Under the pieces are notes generated by a model, which worked only from the letters and a program-made list of their open reading frames with translations, was not told the DNA's origin and did no database searches. 64,000 nucleotides of DNA from Chamaesiphon sp. (GTDB lineage: Bacteria > Cyanobacteriota > Cyanobacteriia > Cyanobacteriales > Chamaesiphonaceae): NCBI GenBank assembly GCA_965246715.1, contig CBDFFH010000002.1, positions 256,001 to 320,000 on the forward strand, written 5' to 3'. Below, piece after piece: positions 40,197 through 49,654 of the stretch. Within the stretch, counting starts at the first letter, position 1; every line of letters begins with the position of its first letter. The translations under genes and the position numbers were made by a program.

Positions 40197-41702
40197 CAGG
40201 TTAAACGCATCAAAACTTGATATGAGGCGATCGAATTCAATAATACATACAACTTAAGCAGTATTTATGAACTAAATACATTTACGACGAATTCAATTAG
40301 AACTGATGTATAGTATAAGGCAATATTTATTTAATGCAATATAAAGTAGTCGATCGAAGGAATAACTTAAATCGTCGATATATTATAGAAGTAATTTGAT
40401 TTCAACCAATAGTTCGTAAATTATAAAATACCTTCTAAAATTTCAGCCAAGTATTTGTCATCTATACCTGCTAGAAATCTCTTGCTTTTCACACTTAATT
40501 TCCGACTTTTATTTTGACTAATTAAGTTAATAGCTATGTGCCGTAATACTGCAAAATTAGCTGGCGCATTATCTTTCCTAATTCGACTATAATCTTCTCT
40601 TAAAGAAACATCAAGTACCCAATGAAGTGAATTTTCTATCCCCCAATGACCTCTAATTGCTCCGGCGACTCTCTTGGCATTATTAGCTAAACTACTAATA
40701 AAATAACGAGTCTCTACGGTGGTTTTATCCCCAATAGTTCTTACTGATTCAACCATCGCAATACTAGTCAATTTCATCCAGTTATGGGATGAATCTATTC
40801 GATCGGCAACATCTGATATCATTAAATAATTACGGATTTCTTCCCTACCCCCATTAATCTCCTTAGTCCTGAAATCACTCAGATTGAAACCTGCGCCACC
40901 AGTTGCAATAGCCTGTTTAAATAGCCTTTCTACTTGGTCGTATAAACTTGGTTGATTCTTTTTCACAGCAATTACATAATCTGCATCTTTTTCAACAATT
41001 TTTTTTACTATTTCTCTTTGACATCCCATTGCATCAATGGTAACTATACATCCGGCTAAATCTAGAACTTTAATTAATTCAGGAAGTGCTGTGATTTCAT
41101 TAGATTTGCCCTCAACCATTTTCTGTCCTAATACTAATCTATTAGTTACAGCCCATGCACTAACAGTATTTAGTACACCTTGTCCATTAGTATTATCTCC
41201 TGAATTTCGAGATTGTTTGCCGTCAAGTGCAATTATTTCTCCTGCTGTTATTTTAGATATTCCTTTAACCCAACTCAGGAAACTTTTTTGAAATTCTTCA
41301 GGATTAATTCGTGAAAATACCCTTCCAAATGTATCATGTGATGGAATACCATGCGGCAACTCTAAAAATTTACCTAGCCATTCCTTCTTCGCCAAACCAT
41401 AAATTTCTATATCTATCCATGTATCAGCTCCAGATACTACAGCACAAATGGTAATGGTGATGATATCAATTAATTTATGCTTTTTCCCGCGCTCTGTCCT
41501 GTAGTCTTCTACACTCTCGAAGTGTTCTATAATACTATATTTTGGCTTCAGCTTCATTTTAGTTAAATTAAATTTGTTAAATTCTAACATAGTTAATTAG
41601 CTCTAACTATTACCTAGCAGTAATTACAAGATTTCTAGATGCTATTTATTCATTCGATCGTCAAAGTTTTTAGTAATAACAAATTTAAGTGCGTTTAACC
41701 TG
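40197..41702 (-). mobile_element. ISAs1-family IS (1506 bp)
   Basis: TIR CAGGTTAAACGCA; 10-bp TSD GGCACGATTT. Confidence 0.95.
40421..41557 (-). CDS. ISAs1 transposase
   Basis: GIPSHDTF, IALDGK, KSNEIT, TIDAMGCQ, HWGIENSLHWVLDV. Confidence 0.95.
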   Translation of the reverse strand: MKLKPKYSIIEHFESVEDYRTERGKKHKLIDIITITICAVVSGADTWIDIEIYGLAKKEWLGKFLELPHGIPSHDTFGRVFSRINPEEFQKSFLSWVKGISKITAGEIIALDGKQSRNSGDNTNGQGVLNTVSAWAVTNRLVLGQKMVEGKSNEITALPELIKVLDLAGCIVTIDAMGCQREIVKKIVEKDADYVIAVKKNQPSLYDQVERLFKQAIATGGAGFNLSDFRTKEINGGREEIRNYLMISDVADRIDSSHNWMKLTSIAMVESVRTIGDKTTVETRYFISSLANNAKRVAGAIRGHWGIENSLHWVLDVSLREDYSRIRKDNAPANFAVLRHIAINLISQNKSRKLSVKSKRFLAGIDDKYLAEILEGIL

Positions 41703-41729
41703 GGCACGATTTCTGGATTAAAAAAATTC

Positions 41730-43165
41730 GGCTCTTCACTACTTAGTATGCTCGATCGATAGCAAATGTGGCAAATAGAAATTAATCAATATGTGAAATT
41801 GCCATAAAAGTGGAGTGATAATTGACATTGGGGGCATTTTGTTATTAAGTATAATCTAATTGAAAGCGATCTTGAGACAAACCAGAAGAAAATGCTCACC
41901 AAAAAGGAAATACAACTACTAACAGAAGTACTAAATCTAGCGGGAGTAAAAGTAAATGCCAAGCACCAACATGAAGGAATTGGAATAATTTTAGGAGTTG
42001 AGTCGAGCGAAAAAATAAGTGTTTGCCAACGCTGTGGTTTGAAAAGCGACAAGTTACACCAAAACCATCGGCAAATAATCAAAGATTTGGATTGGGGAGG
42101 GCAAGCGGTATTTTTAGAAATAAATAGAAGACAATTCAACTGCGAAAAATGCCAGAAACCATTTAGCGAAGAATTAGAATTTGTCAAGTCAAGAAGAAGA
42201 TACACGAAAAGATTAGCAGATCGGATAATAGAAGAAGTATTAGCAGATGACATTAGGAGTGTAGCGAAGAAGGGGAAGGTAACAGAGAAAGAAATAGAAA
42301 GAATGCTAAAGGATGCATCAGGAGATTTATCAAAAATAAAACCAATAGGATTAAAAAGATTAGGGATAGACGAAATAGCATTGATTAAAGGGCAGGGAAA
42401 ATATTGTGCAGTATTAATAGACATAGATCGTTCTAAATTATTGGCAATTATCGAGGGAAGAACCAAAGAAGAAATTAAGAAAGTCCTGAGAGAGTGGGGG
42501 TCAGAGGTATTAGAAGGAATCGAAGAAGTAAGCATAGACTTATGGCAGGGATATAAAAGTCTAGCAATAGAAATGATGCCAAAAGCTCAGATAGTAGCAG
42601 ATCGATTCCATATAATGGTACAAATAAATCAAGAATTAGATGGAGAAAGAAAGAAGGAGAAGCGAAAAATCGAAGCAGAAATAAAGCAAGCAAAAACCCC
42701 AGAAGAAAAAGCGGAGAAAGCGGCTATATTAGCAGGAATAACTAATAGTAAGTATCCAATATTGAAAAACGAAGAAGACTTAAATGAAGAACAGAAAGAC
42801 AAGCTAGCTCAGGTAAAAAATGTATCAAGTCAGCTCGGAAAAATGCATCAATTGAAAGAGGATTTTCGAGAAATATTTGAGAAAAAGGAAAACTGGAATG
42901 AGGGATTACTAGGCTTAGGGGAATGGCTGTCAAAAGCTCAAAAATATTTTGTCAAAAGTCAAGGGACAATTTATCGATGGTTTGATGAAATACTGGCTTA
43001 TTTTGACAATGGAACAACTAGTGGAGTAGTGGAGGGAATTAATAACAAGCTAAAACTAATCAAACGTTCAGCATATGGATTTACTAATTTTGAGAATTTC
43101 CGAAATAGATGCTTGCTTAATTGGCACTTCAATCATTAATTTGGCATACTAACTAGTGAAGAGCC
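41730..43165 (+). mobile_element. ISL3-family IS (1436 bp)
   Basis: TIR GGCTCTTCACTA / TAGTGAAGAGCC; 8-bp TSD AAAAATTC. Confidence 0.95.
41892..43139 (+). CDS. ISL3 transposase
   Basis: CQRC/CEKC zinc finger, LGIDEIA, VSIDLW, ADRFH, VEGINNKLKLIKRSAYGF. Confidence 0.95.
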   Translation: MLTKKEIQLLTEVLNLAGVKVNAKHQHEGIGIILGVESSEKISVCQRCGLKSDKLHQNHRQIIKDLDWGGQAVFLEINRRQFNCEKCQKPFSEELEFVKSRRRYTKRLADRIIEEVLADDIRSVAKKGKVTEKEIERMLKDASGDLSKIKPIGLKRLGIDEIALIKGQGKYCAVLIDIDRSKLLAIIEGRTKEEIKKVLREWGSEVLEGIEEVSIDLWQGYKSLAIEMMPKAQIVADRFHIMVQINQELDGERKKEKRKIEAEIKQAKTPEEKAEKAAILAGITNSKYPILKNEEDLNEEQKDKLAQVKNVSSQLGKMHQLKEDFREIFEKKENWNEGLLGLGEWLSKAQKYFVKSQGTIYRWFDEILAYFDNGTTSGVVEGINNKLKLIKRSAYGFTNFENFRNRCLLNWHFNH

Positions 43166-44013
43166 AAAAATTCAAGGTTGCTGAGTGTGAAATTGGAGTA
43201 TTGTACGTCGAAAATAACTTTGTCAAGCTGTTAGTTGCAGGTGAGTATGATTTTTGGATATTCGATCGCAATGTAAATGTCAAAACTCTTAATCAGAGGT
43301 CGAATCCAGAAGCTAAAATCGACAACTTAGAATTATTAATCGATACTCATGAGCGCGAACTGCAAGAACATGTATTAATTGTCAAAACAGAATTTAACCA
43401 GGCTGCACTGATTCGCTCCGATCGCAATTGGTATGGGATGAAACCCAACCAAGTTAATGCTTATTGGCGACAATCTCACGATCTAGAGTCCCATCTGTTT
43501 AACTTAGAAGATACTCTAGAATTACCTGCTAATTTCGTCCAGAAATTACGAGATGAAAGTATTCCTAATATTAAAAAATTTGAAATATCACAATCTCAAC
43601 TTGGATTGTTGTACATCCAGGATAATTTTATTCGCCCCTTATCCGCCGGGGAATATGCTTTTTGGTCGGTGAATCGGGACATTAAGGTAATTACTCTCAA
43701 TCTCCTGATTCCTAATCCAACTTTTCCCCAGGAGGAATTTCTCATCGAACGACACCAGGATTTTGTCAGCGAATATTGTACTGCGGTGCAATTACTCGCT
43801 CACCAAGTTGCGATCGTCCGTCATTTAGGAAAGGTAATTGCTATTTTACCACCTACCAGTCGGAAGTTATTTTGGCAGGTAGTAGAAGTAGAACTAATCG
43901 ATATTACTAACGATGCAAAATTACCTGCCAATCTCGTCTCCGAATTTCGAGCTAGTTCGCCAGATGTTTTGTTACCAAACAGCCAAAGTATTCATACTTG
44001 CGAGGTTCCCGCC

Positions 44014-45501
44014 CAGGGTGAACGCACTTAAATTTCCTACTATTTAAAATCCTCGCAAATCAGTTGCAGATTTGAATTACGAAAAGTATGAAAGCTTTAA
44101 TGGTAAACAAGTATAGCCAGTTAATTATGTTATATTTATTGGAAATTCAGATCGCGTCAAATGAAGCTAAAGCCAAGGCATAGTATCGCAGAACACTTTG
44201 GTGACATAAAAGACATTAGAATTGAACGGGGGAAAAAACACAAACTAATCGATATTATCACGATCTCGATTTGTGCAGTAGTATGTGGAGCAGATGGATG
44301 GGAAGACATAGAGCTGTATGGCATCACCAGAAAAAAATGGCTGGAGGAATTTCTAGAATTACCGAATGGGATACCATCTCACGATACATTTGCACGGGTA
44401 TTTTCACAAATTAATCCTGAAGAATTCAATAAATCTTTCCTGCATTGGATTAAAGGAATAAGTAAAATAACAGCAGGAGAGATAATCGCATTTGATGGAA
44501 AACAATCTCGAAATTCAAGAGACGAAAAAAATGGTAAAGGAGTAATTAATACGGTCAGTGCTTGGGCAGCAAGTAATAGATTAGTATTAGGACAAACAAA
44601 AGTCGAGAGTAAATCAAATGAAATTACTGCATTGCCTGAGTTGATTAATGCCTTAGATCTAGCTGGATGTATAGTGACAATTGATGCAATGGGATGTCAG
44701 CGAGAAATAGTCAAGAAAATTGTCAAAAAAGAAGCAGATTATGTAATTGCTGTCAAAAAGAATCAACCAAGTTTATATGAAAGGGTAGAACAGCTATTCA
44801 AACAGGCGATTAAAACTCGTGGTGAAAGTCTGAAAACGCATAGCTTCAGCAGTAGAGAGATGAATAGAGGTAGAGAGGAAACTCGTAATTACCTAATGAT
44901 ATCAGACATTGCAACATCAATAGATCCATTGCTAAAATGGCAAAATCTGACTAGTATTTGCATGGTAGAATCAGTTCGAGTTGTCAATGAAAAAACCAGC
45001 GTAGAAGCTCGTTATTTCATCAGTAGCTTAGAAGATAATGTTGAAAAACTAGCAGAAGCAATCAGAGGTCATTGGTCGATAGAAAATTCACTCCATTGGG
45101 TACTTGATGTTATTTTCAAAGAAGACATTAGTCGAATTAGAAAAGATAATGCTCCAGCTAATTTTGCTGTTTTAAGACATATAGCAGTTAATATAATGAG
45201 TCAGAACAAGAGTCGAAAACTAAGTGTTAGGAAGAAGCGATTTCTTGCGAGCCTTGATGAAGAATATTCGCGCGAACTTCTAGAGGCTATTTTAGCCTAA
45301 ATTTAACTAACCCCAGAGTATGAATTTGGCTAAATATCTTTAGCCGCACTTTTGCCGGACTAAATTGAGTTAATTTAACCTCGTCTTTGGTTTCGATTTT
45401 ATTGATATTGTCGTAATTGTAGTTAAGCAATCGAATATCATTAATCGCCTATTTTAGTGGCTCTCGATCGAAATAAATCCTGTTTTGATGCGTTCACCCT
45501 G
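44014..45501 (+). mobile_element. ISAs1-family IS (1488 bp)
   Basis: TIR CAGGGTGAACGCA; 10-bp TSD GGTTCCCGCC. Confidence 0.95.
44161..45300 (+). CDS. ISAs1 transposase
   Basis: PSHDTF, KSNEIT, IDAMGCQ, HWSIENSLHW. Confidence 0.95.
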   Translation: MKLKPRHSIAEHFGDIKDIRIERGKKHKLIDIITISICAVVCGADGWEDIELYGITRKKWLEEFLELPNGIPSHDTFARVFSQINPEEFNKSFLHWIKGISKITAGEIIAFDGKQSRNSRDEKNGKGVINTVSAWAASNRLVLGQTKVESKSNEITALPELINALDLAGCIVTIDAMGCQREIVKKIVKKEADYVIAVKKNQPSLYERVEQLFKQAIKTRGESLKTHSFSSREMNRGREETRNYLMISDIATSIDPLLKWQNLTSICMVESVRVVNEKTSVEARYFISSLEDNVEKLAEAIRGHWSIENSLHWVLDVIFKEDISRIRKDNAPANFAVLRHIAVNIMSQNKSRKLSVRKKRFLASLDEEYSRELLEAILA

Positions 45502-46286
45502 GGTTCCCGCCCAACACGTCGGGTTGGTGTATATCGATCGCATATTCCACTCTCAACTCGAACCAGGGATTCATTCTTGGTGGCTGTTTGGGCGTTCTTT
45601 TCAAAGCGAAATATTCGATCTGCGCTTACAAAACCTGGAGGTTTCGGGACAGGATATTTTATCAAAAGATAAAGTACCGCTGCGGCTAAATTTAACGGCT
45701 GGCTTCCGCATTCAAGATGTACTCAGAGCCAAAAGTGGTTTGTCAGACATATCGAACTTTTTATATAAAGAACTCCAGTTTGCACTGCGTGCAGCCGTAG
45801 GCGAACAAACTTTAGATGCATTACTGGAAAATAAAGGCGCGATCGATCGTTCGATTGCCGATTATATTCGTACCAAAACTGCTGAATATGGGATCGAGAT
45901 CGATTCTGTTGGCGTAAAAGATATCATCTTACCTGGCGAGATTAGAACTATCTTGAGTAAGGTAGTAGAAGCGGAAAAATCAGCTCAAGCTAATGTCATC
46001 AGACGCAGGGAAGAGACGGCAGCAACTCGCAGTATGTTAAATACAGCAAAAGTAATGGAAGATAATCCGGTAGCTTTACGATTGAAAGAGTTGGAAATCT
46101 TAGAAAGAATTGCCGAGAAAGTCGATCGCATTCAGGTCAATGGTGGTTTAGATAATATTCTCAGTGACTTAATTAAAATCGACCGCCAACAAAATTCATA
46201 ATATTGCAAGTTAGTCCAAATGTTGCAATCTACATCAAGGATTGCAACACAACCAATAGACTAACGATCGATTCAATTAAAGGCTA

Positions 46287-47681
46287 CTAGGGCAGCAAGC
46301 CACCTCTGCGGATGAGATCGATCGGTGCTAATAAACAAGAGCCAACGCTCAAACCAAAACTCACGATCTGAAAAGCACGCATCGGCGATAATGCCATTAG
46401 TGCGATCGGGAGGCCAGCATACCATGGCCAGTAAACATTTGGAACCAACAATGTGTACGCCAAGGCAATAGTCCCGCAGGATTTAAGTAATCTAGTTTTG
46501 CGATCTACTTTTATCGTAACTAATAAAACTATGATGCAAAAAACTCCCTTCAGGATGAGAGCTGCTAATTGGCGGACTGGCAATCCCAATGGTAAGAATT
46601 TCAGAAATTGTGACAGTATCGAAGCTGCCGAGAGCGCACCAGGAACATTCGCTTGCTGAGTCAATCCTTGGAATGTGTCCGCTCCTACCCATAGTTGCCA
46701 GTAGAGTAGGACAGCAACACCGCTCCCTAAAATTAGACCGAGCAAAATCTGCAACCAAGTCTGAGACATTTTTCCTGTCGTTCGATCGCTGTGCCAGTAG
46801 TATGCCAACTGTGCTGGTAAAAAAATTATCGGGATGTATTTAACCAATATTCCAAGTACGATCGAAAACATGGATGCGGCTGGGCGGGCATCGATCGTCA
46901 GTAGCAGGGCGAGTAAAGTAAAAACGATTGCTAAGGCATCATTATGTCCTTCAGCGGCAAACTCGATCGTTACCAGCGGATTCCATAGATAGACGACGGT
47001 GCCTAGTAATTGGACTTGTGGACGGACTTTAGCCAGGATCTGCCATATCAGCGCGGCTGAGAGCAAATGAGCGGTGACTACGATGCTTTTCAACAGGAAA
47101 ATTTCGGTCGGGATATTTTGCACGATCCGCACGACGGCCATCGATAATTGAGTCCACAACGGGCCATAGGGCGAAATCCCATGAACCGGTCGCCATCCCC
47201 ATGCGAGTAATTGACGACCAAAGGGGATATCTGCCACATCTTTGACAGCATTAAGGTAGGGGTTGCTTGTTGGTGTGATGCCCAAGTAACCTTGAACCAG
47301 ATAAGAGAAAATGTCGATCGAAAAGTAGGGCCGGACAAACAGTAGTCCGAGATTAAAAACTACTGGAAATAACAGCGTCAGTGCGATCGTGCGGAGATCG
47401 TCCGAGCGACTGCGCGAGCAAAGTCTCAGCAGATAAAAATAGAGACCAAAAAGAGCAATGATACTCCCGTAGTAGATACTCAGTTCGCCGATTGAGTTTA
47501 AAAAATTAGCTATTAGATCTTGTCCCGCAATACCTGAATTATTTGCAGAGTGACTTTTTAAGTAGAGTACCTCTTTAACTCGGTGGACTAACAAATATAG
47601 CAGACTAGTAGCTATGCCAATAAAGACGAGCGGCTTGGAGTGGAGTGCCGATTCGATTCTACCTGTTTTGAAAGCTAGCAT
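46287..47681 (-). CDS. GT-C fold membrane glycosyltransferase (MptA/MptB-like)
   Basis: Multiple TM segments; SIDIFSY, SPYGPLW, WNPL, EGHNDAL, WPWY. Confidence 0.7.
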   Translation of the reverse strand: MLAFKTGRIESALHSKPLVFIGIATSLLYLLVHRVKEVLYLKSHSANNSGIAGQDLIANFLNSIGELSIYYGSIIALFGLYFYLLRLCSRSRSDDLRTIALTLLFPVVFNLGLLFVRPYFSIDIFSYLVQGYLGITPTSNPYLNAVKDVADIPFGRQLLAWGWRPVHGISPYGPLWTQLSMAVVRIVQNIPTEIFLLKSIVVTAHLLSAALIWQILAKVRPQVQLLGTVVYLWNPLVTIEFAAEGHNDALAIVFTLLALLLTIDARPAASMFSIVLGILVKYIPIIFLPAQLAYYWHSDRTTGKMSQTWLQILLGLILGSGVAVLLYWQLWVGADTFQGLTQQANVPGALSAASILSQFLKFLPLGLPVRQLAALILKGVFCIIVLLVTIKVDRKTRLLKSCGTIALAYTLLVPNVYWPWYAGLPIALMALSPMRAFQIVSFGLSVGSCLLAPIDLIRRGGLLP

Positions 47682-48017
47682 ATATCACTAAAAGTATTAA
47701 ATCATCCAAATAATAGCGATCTCAAAGTCGATTTGAGGTTGAAAAATTCTTTTTGTTTTCCCTGAAATTCTAAGATAAATTACAAAAAAGTGAGATAACT
47801 AACGTCAGTTCGGGATAAGAATAGCCTGGAGACTGAAGTCTCGGCTCATGATGCAAAGTCCGCCTTCGCGGACTAATTATCTAGTCCGCGAAGGCGGACT
47901 TTTGCCGCTCGCGGCAACAACCGGACTTTGCACTATTAGCACCGATTTGCGGCGCGCGCTCCTCGGCTTTGCCGAGGGTTTAGCGCGACAAGACACAATC
48001 GAGTGCGGTGCTTGAAC

Positions 48018-49508
48018 CAGGGTGAACGCACTTAAATTCTCTATTATTAAAAATACTTGAAAACCAGATGTAAATTTGATTTGTCAAAGAAGTGAAATCT
48101 ATACCTGTTAATAACTTTGGCTGATTAATTATGTTAAATTAGTTTAGAACTAATATGATTCCAAATGAAGCTGAAGCCTAAGCATAGTATAGCAGAACAC
48201 TTTAACGACATAGAAGACATTAGAATTGAACGTGGAAAAAAACATAAATTAATAGATATTATCACGATCTCCATTTGTGCTGTAGTATGTGGAGCGGATG
48301 GATGGATAGATATAGAAATGTATGGTATTGCCAGAAAAAAATGGTTAGAAAAATTCCTAGAACTTCCGAATGGAATACCATCTCATGATACATTTGCCAG
48401 GGTATTTTCACAAATCAACCCTGATCGATTCAACAAATCTTTTCTGAGTTGGGTTAAAGGAATATCTAAAATTACAGCAGGAGAGATAATTGCATTTGAT
48501 GGAAAACAATCTCGAAACTCAGGAGATGAAAAGAATGATCGAGGTGTAATTAATACAGTCAGTGCTTGGGCTGAAAGTAATAGATTAGTGCTAGGTCAAA
48601 AGAAAGTAGAAGGGAAATCTAATGAAATCACAGCACTTCCAGAACTGATAAAAGTTTTAGATTTAGCAGGATGTATCGTTACGATTGATGCAATGGGATG
48701 TCAAAGGGAGATTGTCAAAAATATTGTCGAGAAAGATGCTGATTATGTAATTGCAGTAAAAAAGAATCAACCAACTTTGTATGAACAAATAAAGAAGTTA
48801 TTCAAACAAGCAATTGAAACTCACGGAAAAGACCTTAACATGAGTAGCTTCAACAGTAGCGAGATGAATAGAGGTAGAGAAGAAATTCGTAATTACGTAA
48901 TGCTAACAGATGTTGCAAAATGGATAGATCCATCGGGGAAATGGGAGAACTTAACTAGTATTGGGATGGTAGAATCAGTTCGAGTTGTGAATGGAAAGAC
49001 TAGTGTGGAAACTCGTTATTTTATTAGTACTTTGAATAACGATGCCCAGAAATTAGCAAGAGCAATTAGAGGCCATTGGTCAGTAGAAAATTCTCTTCAT
49101 TGGTTGCTTGATGTTGCTTTTAAAGAAGATAATAGTCGAATCAGAAAGGATAATGCTCCAGCTAACTTTGCCGTTTTAAGGCATATCGCTATTAACATAA
49201 TTGGTCAGAATAAGAGTCGAAAATTAAGCGTTAGAAGCAAGAGGTTTTTAGCAACACTCGATCGAGAATATTCAAATGAGCTTTTGGAAGCTATTCTGTA
49301 AATCACTTTCACTGAACAATCAATCTCAATTTGATTAAAGATATTTAATCAATCTTTGCGCTGCACTAAATTGGATTAATCCGATCTCTTATTTGATTTT
49401 GGTTTCAGTTGATATTGTATTAACTGCAACTAGCTAATACATACTATAAAATTAGCCGTTCTATTTTTCATCGATCGAAGCATACCCCATTTTGGTGCGT
49501 TCACCCTG
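48018..49508 (+). mobile_element. ISAs1-family IS (1491 bp)
   Basis: TIR CAGGGTGAACGCA; 10-bp TSD GTGCTTGAAC. Confidence 0.95.
48165..49301 (+). CDS. ISAs1 transposase
   Basis: Same motifs as the other two ISAs1 copies. Confidence 0.95.
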   Translation: MKLKPKHSIAEHFNDIEDIRIERGKKHKLIDIITISICAVVCGADGWIDIEMYGIARKKWLEKFLELPNGIPSHDTFARVFSQINPDRFNKSFLSWVKGISKITAGEIIAFDGKQSRNSGDEKNDRGVINTVSAWAESNRLVLGQKKVEGKSNEITALPELIKVLDLAGCIVTIDAMGCQREIVKNIVEKDADYVIAVKKNQPTLYEQIKKLFKQAIETHGKDLNMSSFNSSEMNRGREEIRNYVMLTDVAKWIDPSGKWENLTSIGMVESVRVVNGKTSVETRYFISTLNNDAQKLARAIRGHWSVENSLHWLLDVAFKEDNSRIRKDNAPANFAVLRHIAINIIGQNKSRKLSVRSKRFLATLDREYSNELLEAIL

Positions 49509-49654
49509 GTGCTTGAACGAAGCAAATGTCCTTAACCCGAACTCACGTTAAACTAAATCATCACTGAATTCAGCAACGCCGAACAGAAGTTATGGAGTGG
49601 GAAACTCGGAGCTTGCGCTTCGTCTGGCGACGATCGAGTTTCCCGAGTGACGGT

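Larger units (their letters stand above)
39803..46201 (+). pseudogene. Slipin/SPFH (band 7) family gene split by three IS insertions; reconstructed length 646 aa
   Basis: 39803-40196 + 41713-41729 + 43174-44013 + 45512-46201 = 1941 nt, in frame; C-terminal EVSGQDILSKDKVPLRLN, GVKDIILPG, RRREETAATRSMLNTAK, LRLKELE. Confidence 0.9.
47800..49550. mobile_element. MITE of the 28800 family carrying nested repeats and an ISAs1
   Basis: TIR TAACGTCAGTTCGGGATAAG / CTTAACCCGAACTCACGTTA; internal similarity (TAGCCT.GAGACTGA.GTCTC) to 28800-28991. Confidence 0.85.

Noticed and set aside
41786..42933. Minus-strand ORFs of 249, 72 and 63 aa
   Set aside because: Antisense to the ISL3 transposase; no recognisable motifs.
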